Assembly (NCBI GenBank): GCA_043809315.1
Contig: JAZDDX010000020.1
Span: 1 to 64,000, forward strand
Length of the DNA: 64,000 nt
Origin: Pseudomonadota bacterium
GTDB taxonomy: Bacteria > Bdellovibrionota_G > JALEGL01 > DATDPG01
Direction: 5' to 3'
Position numbers and translations under genes: made by a program. Under the pieces are notes generated by a model. It had not been told where the DNA came from and made no database searches. It was given only the letters and a program-made list of their open reading frames with translations. Positions 19,395-28,031 of this stretch are shown one piece after another (position 1 is the first letter of the stretch; the number at the start of each line of letters is the position of its first letter).

Positions 19395-20861
19395 CTAAGG
19401 GCGCTTGAACTCCCAACGGAGCTCGTCTTCCTTGTAGATCCGAACATGGAGCGGCATCTGTCCAGGCAGCGAATGCGTCGCGCAGCTGTAGCAGGGGTCG
19501 AACGACCGGAACGCCATCTCCACCATATTTAAGATCCCCTGCGTCGGCTCCACCCCCGGCTTGATGAATGCAGCGGCGGCCTTCTTGGTCACCATGTGGA
19601 TCGGGGCGTTGTTGTTGGTCGTCCCGACAATCAGGTTCGCGCTCGTGCAGATCCCGTTCTTGTCGCAGGTATAGTGGTGCGTCAGCGTCCCGCGCATCGC
19701 CTCCACGATCCCGACCCCCTCCCCCGTGATCTGTTTCGGCACCACCCGGTAGTTCTTCCCGGTGATCTCAGGGTCGTCGCAATATCTCTGGAGCATCTCG
19801 GCGTTCTGGACCATTTCCACCAGCCGGGCCCAATGAGAGGCCATCAGGGCTTGGCACGGTTTCTTCCCCAACGTTTTGTACATCTCCTCGAACTTTTCCT
19901 GGGCCTTCGGCGTCGCCATCCGGTCCGCCACGTTGAGCCGCGCGAGCGGTGTAGCCATATAGATGCTGGAGTTGGGGCCTTCCTCGAACCCGTTCCACCC
20001 CCGTTTCTTCAGGTACGGGAACTTCAGGTACGACCACGGTTCGACATGCTCCGCCACGTACTGGACGTACTCCTCCGGCGAGTACTTGTAGAGCTCCTTC
20101 CCTTCGCAATCCACGACGCGAACCTTACCGTCGTAAAAGTTCGGGGCGTTGTTCTCGTCTACCAACCCCATATTTTGAACCTGAAGATTGTAGGGTCCCT
20201 TGAGGATCAGCTCGACGTAGGCGGGGTTCCCCAAGACCACCTTCTTGAAGAGATCGATTGAAAAAAGTGTGAAGTCATAGAGCTCCTTCACTCGCGGCCG
20301 AATCTCTTCCTCCAGCTCTTTTTTTGTGATCCCCTTGGAGACACCCCCCGGAAGACACCAGACAAGGTGCGTAAACCGCCCGCCGATGACTTTTTGGATC
20401 TCTTGTGCCTGAGCTCGGGCCTTGATCACCGCACCGCCGATCTCGAGCCCCACCTTGGCCACCACCCCGAGGATGTTTCGCATCGCAGGATCGGAGTCCG
20501 GCCCGCAGACGAAATCGGGGGCCGCGAGAGCGTAGAAATGGGCGATGTGACTGTGGATGTAGTGCGCGTGGTAATACATATCGCGCAGTTTGTGGGCCAG
20601 CGGCGGGCATTCGTTTCCGAAACAACCGTCCACCGCCTTGGCGCTCGCCATGTGATGGCTGGCCGGACAGACACCGCAGATTCTCGTCACGATCCTCGGA
20701 AGTTCCTCGATCGGCCTTCCCACGACGAACCGCTCGAACCCCCTCAACTCCGGGATCTGGAAATAGGTGTCTTGGACGGCCCCGTTGTCGTCCAGGAAGA
20801 TGTCGATCTTCCCGTGTCCTTCGAGGCGTGTGATCGGATCGATGGAAATGGTTCGGGTCAT
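19395..20861 (-). CDS. mvhA: Group 3c [NiFe]-hydrogenase large subunit
   Basis: TRLEGH, ELRGFE, L1 RICGVCPASH, HFYALAAPDFV, EAMRGTL, L2 FDPCYSCATH plus a cleavable C-terminal extension; next to mvhG and mvhD. Confidence 0.93.
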   Translation of the reverse strand: MTRTISIDPITRLEGHGKIDIFLDDNGAVQDTYFQIPELRGFERFVVGRPIEELPRIVTRICGVCPASHHMASAKAVDGCFGNECPPLAHKLRDMYYHAHYIHSHIAHFYALAAPDFVCGPDSDPAMRNILGVVAKVGLEIGGAVIKARAQAQEIQKVIGGRFTHLVWCLPGGVSKGITKKELEEEIRPRVKELYDFTLFSIDLFKKVVLGNPAYVELILKGPYNLQVQNMGLVDENNAPNFYDGKVRVVDCEGKELYKYSPEEYVQYVAEHVEPWSYLKFPYLKKRGWNGFEEGPNSSIYMATPLARLNVADRMATPKAQEKFEEMYKTLGKKPCQALMASHWARLVEMVQNAEMLQRYCDDPEITGKNYRVVPKQITGEGVGIVEAMRGTLTHHYTCDKNGICTSANLIVGTTNNNAPIHMVTKKAAAAFIKPGVEPTQGILNMVEMAFRSFDPCYSCATHSLPGQMPLHVRIYKEDELRWEFKRP

Positions 20862-21826
20862 CGTTGGTGTCTCCTTTGGAGAAGGGAACCTGGCAGTGCG
20901 AAACGGTAGGCGATTCCGGCAAAATCAGGAATATCATCCAGGATCCGTTCGATCTCTTTGGGATCCTTACTGTCGATGATCGAGGCGACCGCCGAAAGGA
21001 GCTTCGCCCCTTGATCTTTGACATTCGGAAGGGGCCCGTAACACCCGCGACACGGCATCCCGCTGTCGGGGCAGCGCACGCCGCAACCGGAGCGGGTCGC
21101 GGAACCGGCGCAGAGGATCCCCTGCTCCATCAGACACTTGTCGAAATCCTGGATGATCTGCCAGGGGCGGTAGAACTTCCTCACCTTCTTCTCGGCCTTC
21201 TCCCGCTTGCAGTCCTCGCAGACCGATCGCTCCGAAGCTCCGACAACGCTCCCTTTGGGAGGAAGCGCCCCCTTCACCACGGCCAGAAGGACCGCTTTCA
21301 CCTGAGCAGGAGCCGGCGGGCAGCCGGGGAGGTAGTAGTCGACCGGAACCACCTGGTCGAGTTTATAAACCCGTTGGTAGAAATTCGGAATCTCCAGCTC
21401 GTACCCGTTCACTTTTGAGTTCGGTTTCGGAACGATCCGGTTCCCCGGCTCGATCGACGCGTTGGTGAGATACGCCGTTTCTAGGATCTCCTCTTTCGTG
21501 GTTGTGTTCGCAAGCCCGGGGATCCCGCCCAGATGGGCGCACGATCCGAAGGCCACCAGTACCTTGCTCTTTTTGCGGAGGAGCTTCGCAACATGCTCGT
21601 TCTCGCTGTTCCGGACCGCTCCGTTGAAGAGCGTGAGATCCAGTTCACCGTCGATCATCGCTTCGACATCCTTGTATTTCCCATCGACCGCGATCGGCCA
21701 GAGACGTATGTCCGCGACCTCGGCCACGGTCAGAATGAACTCATTCGTGTCCAGTATGGCAACGTCGCAGCCCCCGCAACCGGCCCCCCAATAAATCGCG
21801 ATTTGAAGCTTTTTCGTGGTCGCCAT
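20858..21826 (-). CDS. mvhG: Group 3c [NiFe]-hydrogenase small subunit
   Basis: GCGGCD, FGSCA, PGCPP, VCEDC, CLMEQGILC, CGVRCP, PCRGCYGP; no Tat signal. Confidence 0.92.
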   Translation of the reverse strand: MATTKKLQIAIYWGAGCGGCDVAILDTNEFILTVAEVADIRLWPIAVDGKYKDVEAMIDGELDLTLFNGAVRNSENEHVAKLLRKKSKVLVAFGSCAHLGGIPGLANTTTKEEILETAYLTNASIEPGNRIVPKPNSKVNGYELEIPNFYQRVYKLDQVVPVDYYLPGCPPAPAQVKAVLLAVVKGALPPKGSVVGASERSVCEDCKREKAEKKVRKFYRPWQIIQDFDKCLMEQGILCAGSATRSGCGVRCPDSGMPCRGCYGPLPNVKDQGAKLLSAVASIIDSKDPKEIERILDDIPDFAGIAYRFALPGSLLQRRHQR

Positions 21827-21829
21827 CGT

Positions 21830-22264
21830 CTACCTCCCACTCAAGTCGGCTTGAAGGTTTGCCTGAATCTGCGACGGCCCCAGGCGGCGCAGCTTTTCGG
21901 TCATGTCCGCCACGATGTCGGCGAACCGTTGCCCTTCGCTGGCACTCACCCATTCGAGGCGGACCCGGTCCTCCTCGATGCCGTACCAACGCATCACCCG
22001 CTTGAGGAGTTCGTATCGGCGCATCGCCTTGTAGTTCCCCTCCACGTAGTGACAGTCGCCGGGATGGCACCCGCAGATCAGGACGCCGTCCGCGCCCCCT
22101 TCGAGCGCTTTCATCACAAAACTCGGATCGATTCTCGCGGAGCACATCACGCGGATGATCCGGATGTTGGGCGGGTACTTGATCCGGCTGGTCCCCGCGA
22201 GATCGGCGCCAGTATAGGAGCACCAGTTGCAGAGAAAACCGACGATTCGAGGTTCATAGGCCAT
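21830..22264 (-). CDS. mvhD: MvhD [2Fe-2S] subunit
   Basis: FLCNWCSYTGAD, VMCSAR, GCHPGDCHY, WVSASEG. Confidence 0.95.
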   Translation of the reverse strand: MAYEPRIVGFLCNWCSYTGADLAGTSRIKYPPNIRIIRVMCSARIDPSFVMKALEGGADGVLICGCHPGDCHYVEGNYKAMRRYELLKRVMRWYGIEEDRVRLEWVSASEGQRFADIVADMTEKLRRLGPSQIQANLQADLSGR

Positions 22265-23973
22265 CAGAGCACCCCCTCAATCTGCGTGAAGATCTGTGCA
22301 TCGGTGAAGTGTCTCCCTTTGATCGCTCCCGAAGGGCAACTGGCGACACATGCGCCGCACGCCTTGCAGGTCGCGCTGTTCACCTTGCTCTTCTTCTTGA
22401 CGTCGTCGTAGTCGATCGCGAAAAACGGGCAGAGCTCGTTGCACATCCGGCAGCCCGAACAGAAATCTTCCTGGACCTCGGCGTAAACCGCGTCCACCCA
22501 AATCTTTCCTTGGGCGATCTTGCCCAGAATCCGGGCGGCCGCCGCGCGGGCTTGGCCTACCGAGTCAGGGATGTCCTTCGGGGACTGGCAAGCCCCGGCG
22601 ATAAAAACTCCCTCGGTCGTCGTGGCGACCGGATCAAGCTTCGGATGGCTTTCGATGAACCATCCGTCCTTGTCCCGACTGATGTTGACGAGCTGCGCGA
22701 CATGCTCGGAATCCTCGCGCGGCTCCATCCCGACCATCAACACCACCATGTCGGCCGGGATCTCGATATGTTCCCCGGAGAGATCCTCATCCACCGTGAT
22801 CAACATGCTGCAACCGTCCTTCGGCCCCGCTGTGCGGATCTCCGCCTCCTTGTTCTTGCGATACATCAGGAACATCGTCTTGATCTCGGCGCTCTTCCGG
22901 TAGAAGTCCTCGCATCCTTTCCCGAACGCATGCATGTCGATATAGAGGTCGGTGACGTACGCCGACGGGATCGCCGACTTGATTTCGTGGGCGTACTTCA
23001 AGGCCGTCATGCAACAGACCCGCGAGCAGTACGGATGGTAGTGCTCGCTGCGGCTCCCGACACAGTGGATGATCGAGACGTATTGGGGGAGCTTCCCCGA
23101 TTTCGTCCGGACCTCCCCTTTCCGGAGCATCGCCTCGAGTTCAAAGGAGGTGATGACGTCCGGAAAGAATCCGTATCCGTACGCCCGGACCCGGGAGGCG
23201 TCGAACTCCTTGTAACCGGTGCAAACGACAACCGAGCCGACGTCGAACTGTTTCTCGCTCCCGTTTCCGTTCCCGACGGTTGCCTTGAAGTTCCCCACGA
23301 ACCCTTCCAAAGCTTTGAGTTGCGATTCCAACAGCACGGTGATCTTCGGATGGTGCGTTGCGCGATAAACTCTCTCGTAGATGATATCGCGCGCTGAATC
23401 GAGGTACGGCGCCGTCAGATCATCCCTCGCCACATTCCCACCCAACTGTTTCGCACGTTCCACGAGATAGACCGGTTGTTCGGCATCCGCCAACTCCAGG
23501 GCTGCTGAAAGGCCAGCAATTCCGCCCCCCAGAACAAGTGTGGCGGGACACATCGGAACGGAGCGTTTCTCCAGCGGCTCGTGATGCGCAACGCGCAGAA
23601 CAGCGGCTCGTGTGAGCGCCTTGGCCTTTTCCGTCGCCGCGATCGGGTCGTCGTGAACCCAGCTGCACTGCTCTCGAATGTTGGCGCATTCAAGAAAGTA
23701 CGGGTTAATCCCCCCCGCCTCCAACGCTTTCCGGAATGTTCCTTCGTGCATCCTGGGACTACACGCCGCCACCACCACACGGTTGAGGCCATTCTCCTTG
23801 ATGTTGTGCGCAATCATTTCTTGCCCCGGATTGGAGCACATGTACTTGTACGCCCGCGTCACCGCCACCCCGGGCATCGCCGAGGTCATCTTGGCCACGG
23901 CATCACAGTCGATCACGTTGGCAATGTTGGTGCCGCAGTTGCAGATGAACACGCCGATCTTTTTCTCTTCCAT
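22264..23973 (-). CDS. hdrA: HdrA-like flavoprotein (HdrA''): N-terminal cluster domain and C-terminal ferredoxin present, inserted ferredoxin absent
   Basis: IGVFICNCG, VAACSP, NIREQC, GGGIAG, CVGSR, CSRVCC, SPKDIP, CSGCRMC..CP, CKACGAC..CP. GGAGG before ATG 23973; alternative GTG at 23988. Confidence 0.9.
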   Translation of the reverse strand: MEEKKIGVFICNCGTNIANVIDCDAVAKMTSAMPGVAVTRAYKYMCSNPGQEMIAHNIKENGLNRVVVAACSPRMHEGTFRKALEAGGINPYFLECANIREQCSWVHDDPIAATEKAKALTRAAVLRVAHHEPLEKRSVPMCPATLVLGGGIAGLSAALELADAEQPVYLVERAKQLGGNVARDDLTAPYLDSARDIIYERVYRATHHPKITVLLESQLKALEGFVGNFKATVGNGNGSEKQFDVGSVVVCTGYKEFDASRVRAYGYGFFPDVITSFELEAMLRKGEVRTKSGKLPQYVSIIHCVGSRSEHYHPYCSRVCCMTALKYAHEIKSAIPSAYVTDLYIDMHAFGKGCEDFYRKSAEIKTMFLMYRKNKEAEIRTAGPKDGCSMLITVDEDLSGEHIEIPADMVVLMVGMEPREDSEHVAQLVNISRDKDGWFIESHPKLDPVATTTEGVFIAGACQSPKDIPDSVGQARAAAARILGKIAQGKIWVDAVYAEVQEDFCSGCRMCNELCPFFAIDYDDVKKKSKVNSATCKACGACVASCPSGAIKGRHFTDAQIFTQIEGVL

Positions 23974-23984
23974 ACGTTCCTCCG

Positions 23985-25142
23985 TCACGCCGCCATCTTG
24001 ACCGCTGCCATCGCTTCAGGGACTTTCACTTTTCCACGCTCGATCGCCACCTCCTGCAGACGCGCAAAATACATCCCAAGCGGCCGGTACATGAGGTGCG
24101 ACCACTTTCCGAACGGTACAACAAGAAGCAGCATCGGCATGTCCGCCATCATGTGCGCAACATAAGCAAAGTTCGCGGCTGTCGTCAGCCCGGCGCGATG
24201 AAGGATGTGCTGGACGATCCCCGTCACCGTCATGGCAAGGAGAAGAATCAAAAATACCCAGTCGCTCTGATGGGAGTGTTTCAGGTACGTCCACTCTTTT
24301 CGTAGCCGCCCCCGCATCGCCCAGATCACGGTGAACAGAAGACCTGCCGAGGCAAAATAGCCGAAGGCATGAACGCGCCAGTCGATCTCCGGGCCCGCTT
24401 GCAGCTCATGCAGGAAGAACATGATCAGGGAGAACATCGTCACATAGCTCGCGACCAGGATTAGATGGAGCACCCACGGTTGTTTCCGTTCGCACTGCGA
24501 ATACCTTTTTTGCGTGAGAAAATGGAGCGGGAGAAGATAGGCTTGACGCACATAGTCCCAAAGAGGCGGTCGCATCTCCGTGTGCTTCCAGATCGAAAAC
24601 CACCACATTCGAAAACTGTTCGTAAGAAGAATGATGACGAGGAACCCCCCGAGAACCATATCGAACAGATGGACACCACCGGCAGTCAAGAAAGCGTTCG
24701 GGCCGTCGTAGATCGACGGATCTCCCCCTCCCAGGAACAAGCCCCCGAGGAAAAAGCCGATCCCGGTTAGGACCGCCACCAGTAAGATCGCCGTTAACTC
24801 AGCTTTCCAAGAACGGTAGAAGAGTTTGGAGAGCCCCGTGAAGTCGTATTGGCTCGTGAGCCAACGCCGCACGCTCATCATCGTCTCCCCCGGTTCGGCC
24901 CCACGTGGGCACTGGTCGGAACACTCGCCGCAGTAGTAGCAGAGCCACGGTTCCAAGGTGCCGCGCAGCCGTTCTTCCAGGCCCATCTGAAGATACCGCA
25001 TCGACCGGCGGGGGAAGATGAACGCCCCCTCCGAGAACGGGCAGGCCGCACTGCAGTTCCCGCAGTGGTAACATTTGGAAACGTCTTCGGCACCGTACCG
25101 TTCCAAGTCGTCGATCAATCTTGGATTCACCCGCACCGCCAT
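23985..25142 (-). CDS. qmoC: QmoC-like membrane subunit (2x[4Fe-4S] plus a probable heme b transmembrane domain)
   Basis: CYHCGNCSAACP and WLCYYCGECSDQCP, then about six hydrophobic helices containing His, SDW, and PFGKWSHLMYRP. Confidence 0.8.
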   Translation of the reverse strand: MAVRVNPRLIDDLERYGAEDVSKCYHCGNCSAACPFSEGAFIFPRRSMRYLQMGLEERLRGTLEPWLCYYCGECSDQCPRGAEPGETMMSVRRWLTSQYDFTGLSKLFYRSWKAELTAILLVAVLTGIGFFLGGLFLGGGDPSIYDGPNAFLTAGGVHLFDMVLGGFLVIILLTNSFRMWWFSIWKHTEMRPPLWDYVRQAYLLPLHFLTQKRYSQCERKQPWVLHLILVASYVTMFSLIMFFLHELQAGPEIDWRVHAFGYFASAGLLFTVIWAMRGRLRKEWTYLKHSHQSDWVFLILLLAMTVTGIVQHILHRAGLTTAANFAYVAHMMADMPMLLLVVPFGKWSHLMYRPLGMYFARLQEVAIERGKVKVPEAMAAVKMAA

Positions 25143-25164
25143 ATCGCGCCTCCTCTGATTCCCT

Positions 25165-26985
25165 TTAAGCCGCGGACAATCCGCGGGCCCGCTCCTCGAT
25201 TTCAGTCAGCGTCAGCCCCTGCCGGCTGTCGAGACCTTTTCCGCTCACAATCCCGCGCAACACTTTGGCCGCGACCGCGGACGCCTGTGCCACCGTGTCC
25301 GGGATATCCTTCGGCCCCTGGCAAACCCCCGCCACGAAGACCCCCCCCATCTCCGTCGAACTCGGCTCCACGTTATACTCAAGCTCCGTGAACCACCCAT
25401 CTTGGGTCCGGGAGATCTTCAGCATCTTCGCCAACTCCCCGGAATCGGGTTGCGGTTCCAGGCCGACCGAGAGGATCACCATGTCCACCGCGAGCTCCGG
25501 AACCGAGTTGTCCAGGATGTTCTCCCCTTTGAGGAACATCTGCCCATTCTTCTCTTCAACCTTGGCCGACCGGCCCCGCACGACGAACACCCCTTCGTGC
25601 TTGATCCGTTCGAAGAACTCCTCGTACCCTTTCCCGAACGCCCGCATGTCGATGTAATACTCGTAACATTTCGCCTCCGGCAGTTTCTCCCGCACCAGAT
25701 GGGAGAACTTGAGCGAGTACATGCAGCAGACCCGGGAGCAATAAGCGTTGAAGTTCTCGTCCCGCGACCCGACGCAGTGGATGATCGCCACGCTCTTGGG
25801 CCCGGGCCCTGCCGGGTTGAACACCCACTCCTCGACCTTCTTCCGTTTGTTCATCTCTTTCGTCTTCATGACGATCTTCCCGCCGGTCGGGCCGGAAGCA
25901 TTCGTGAGCCGTTCGAATTCCAGGGCGGTCAGGACATTCGGATATTTGCCATATCCGTAACGTTCGATCCGCCGCGCGTCGAACGTTTTGTAGCCGGTGG
26001 CCACGATGATGTTCCCCACCTCCAACTCCACCGTCTCGTCTTTCGCTTCGAGTTGAATGGACCCCTTCATGCATTTCCGCACGCAGGCGCCGCATTTCTT
26101 CCCGTCGCTTAAGACCCAGGTACAGACATCCCCGTCGATGAAATAGGTATTCGGGACGGCTTGAGGGAACGGGATGTAGATCGCCTTCCTCGTGCTGATT
26201 CCCTCATCGAAACCGCTGGCGACAACCACGGGGCAAACCACTGCGCAGTCTCCGCAGGCCACGCAGGTACTGGCGTCCACGCGGGCTGTCTTGCGATCGA
26301 TCTTGACCTTGTATGCTCCCGGCCGGCCGCTTACCTCTTTCACGCGGGAGAGCATCATCAACTCGATGTTCGGATTCTGGCCGACGCTCACCATCTTAGG
26401 GGTCAGGATGCAGGCGGCGCAATCAAGCGTCGGAAAGGTCTTATCGAACTGGGCCATATGCCCGCCAATCGTCTCGCCCTGTTCCACCAGGTAGACTTTG
26501 TACCCGGCGTCTGCAATCTCGATCGCGGCTTGGATCCCGGCAATCCCGCCGCCGATCACCAGCGTGGCCGGATTCACGGGGGAGGTGGCGGGGACCGCCG
26601 CCAGACCGAACGGGACCCCGTAGACGGCGCAGGCCACGACCGCTTTCGCCCGATCGGTGGCGCCTCCCTGCTCCGTGCCTTGTGCACGGAATGAAGCGAG
26701 GCGAACCTGCTCCGGGTCGTTTTCGACCTCGACCATCGCTTTCGTATAGGCCGGTTTGAAGTACCCCGGCATCTCCCCCGCCAGAACGATGGCAGTGAGC
26801 TTGGCCTCGCGAAGGTGCTCCGCGATCTCGGCCGGTTTCAGCTTCACAGTGGCGGATCGGATCTGAACCTCAGCCACACCAGGAAGCTTCCGGACATATT
26901 CGGCAACAGCTTCGTATTCAATCGGATTCTTGGGAATCTCGACGGGTTGAAAGATCACGACACCAATTCTCTTTTGCTCTGGCAT
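25165..26985 (-). CDS. hdrA: HdrA-like flavoprotein (HdrA'): degenerate N-terminal domain, inserted ferredoxin present, no C-terminal ferredoxin
   Basis: GGGIAG, KTFPTLDCAAC, CVACGDC..CP, PFPQAVP, LEFER, CVGSRD, CSRVCC, GPKDIP. Confidence 0.9.
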   Translation of the reverse strand: MPEQKRIGVVIFQPVEIPKNPIEYEAVAEYVRKLPGVAEVQIRSATVKLKPAEIAEHLREAKLTAIVLAGEMPGYFKPAYTKAMVEVENDPEQVRLASFRAQGTEQGGATDRAKAVVACAVYGVPFGLAAVPATSPVNPATLVIGGGIAGIQAAIEIADAGYKVYLVEQGETIGGHMAQFDKTFPTLDCAACILTPKMVSVGQNPNIELMMLSRVKEVSGRPGAYKVKIDRKTARVDASTCVACGDCAVVCPVVVASGFDEGISTRKAIYIPFPQAVPNTYFIDGDVCTWVLSDGKKCGACVRKCMKGSIQLEAKDETVELEVGNIIVATGYKTFDARRIERYGYGKYPNVLTALEFERLTNASGPTGGKIVMKTKEMNKRKKVEEWVFNPAGPGPKSVAIIHCVGSRDENFNAYCSRVCCMYSLKFSHLVREKLPEAKCYEYYIDMRAFGKGYEEFFERIKHEGVFVVRGRSAKVEEKNGQMFLKGENILDNSVPELAVDMVILSVGLEPQPDSGELAKMLKISRTQDGWFTELEYNVEPSSTEMGGVFVAGVCQGPKDIPDTVAQASAVAAKVLRGIVSGKGLDSRQGLTLTEIEERARGLSAA

Positions 26986-27121
26986 CTGTCTCCACCTTCC
27001 CCCGCCCGAAAAGATTTGGAGGCGGGTATTGATTCTCTACGGGAATCTACTTCGTCTACGGTTTCCAGCGAATAATCTAATCCTTCTCAATAACTACTTA
27101 CGTGGGTGGGCTCTGGTAGAT

Positions 27122-27135
27122 ATGATCCCAATCAG
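27122..27135 (-). promoter_or_regulatory. FNR/CRP-family-like site upstream of the hdrA'-qmoC-mvh operon
   Basis: CTGAT-TGGG-ATCAT on the minus strand, followed about 32 bp downstream by the AT-rich TAAGTAGTTATT. Confidence 0.5.
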
Positions 27136-27169
27136 GTTTTTCGGGTGCTGCGCGAGAGATTCCTGTGAT

Positions 27170-27883
27170 CTAGCCCGTCAAGGCGGCAACCACCTGCTGG
27201 ATGTCCGCTCCGCACGAGCTGCAGAAGTGCGTTTCTTCCACGGCCTGTGGTTTGGGCCAATCGCGGTGGCTCGGGATTGGAATCACCTGGCTGCAATACG
27301 GGCAGCGGGATGCCCTCCTCCGTCTTCTGCCCGCAATTACACTCACGGTAATGCCCGCCACCAAGGCGGCCGCCGCCCCGAAGAGGAAATCCACCCGCCG
27401 AGTTACAACCGACAGAGCAATGAAGAGAACCGGCCCGAGTGTCAGGAGAACCCGACCCCATATATTGAGGGAGTTCGCCCCGCGAAGATCAGTTCGAATT
27501 TTAGAAAGATACGTCCGGAAAAACTCGGGGTCGTGAATGTTGTAATGGACCGGCTTTCCTCTGCGGTCCCCCACCCGCGAGTCGCACAGAAGTGCGCCAC
27601 AGGTCGGACAGGCTCTGGCCGAAAACGACCGGATCCCTTTTTTACAAGCGGGGCATCGGAGTGCACGGGACGCCCAAACCGCAAAACCGATCAGAATCAG
27701 GATCGCGACGTTGGACTGTAAACGAAATCCGTGGCGATCGAGAGGGATATGGAACCCGGCGTTTAGAACGATCAACGCACCTGCTACGAGCGCCACGCCG
27801 GTGGAACCAATGACGATCGCTCGTCTTCGGTTCCGTGCGAACTCGGCAGCGATCCGGGGATCGACCGGCTTTCCATCCGACAT
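27170..27883 (-). CDS. Membrane protein with two (2 TM + double CxxC zinc-ribbon) units
   Basis: Two hydrophobic hairpins, followed by CPAC/CPTC and CPYC/CSSC respectively. Confidence 0.7.
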   Translation of the reverse strand: MSDGKPVDPRIAAEFARNRRRAIVIGSTGVALVAGALIVLNAGFHIPLDRHGFRLQSNVAILILIGFAVWASRALRCPACKKGIRSFSARACPTCGALLCDSRVGDRRGKPVHYNIHDPEFFRTYLSKIRTDLRGANSLNIWGRVLLTLGPVLFIALSVVTRRVDFLFGAAAALVAGITVSVIAGRRRRRASRCPYCSQVIPIPSHRDWPKPQAVEETHFCSSCGADIQQVVAALTG

Positions 27884-28031
27884 GCCGATCATCTGTCACC
27901 GACCAAATCAAGGCACCGGGGTGCTGTCAATGAATTCGGAGATGGCCGCGCATTGGATCCGCGGAATTTCTCGAAAGATTCGGACAGGGGAGGTACAAGG
28001 CCTGACGTCTGCTACTAGCCGCCGTCGGAGA

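Noticed and set aside
23985-26985. Evidence for sulfate reduction or methanogenesis
   Set aside because: No sat, aprAB, dsrAB or mcr in the window; Hdr/Qmo-like genes alone do not show these pathways.
27711-28031. Long N-terminal extensions in the ORF track (porin, aminotransferase, flxCD, hydG, pgl, proteases)
   Set aside because: They overlap neighbouring genes; downstream starts with an SD or ATGA coupling match the family N-termini.
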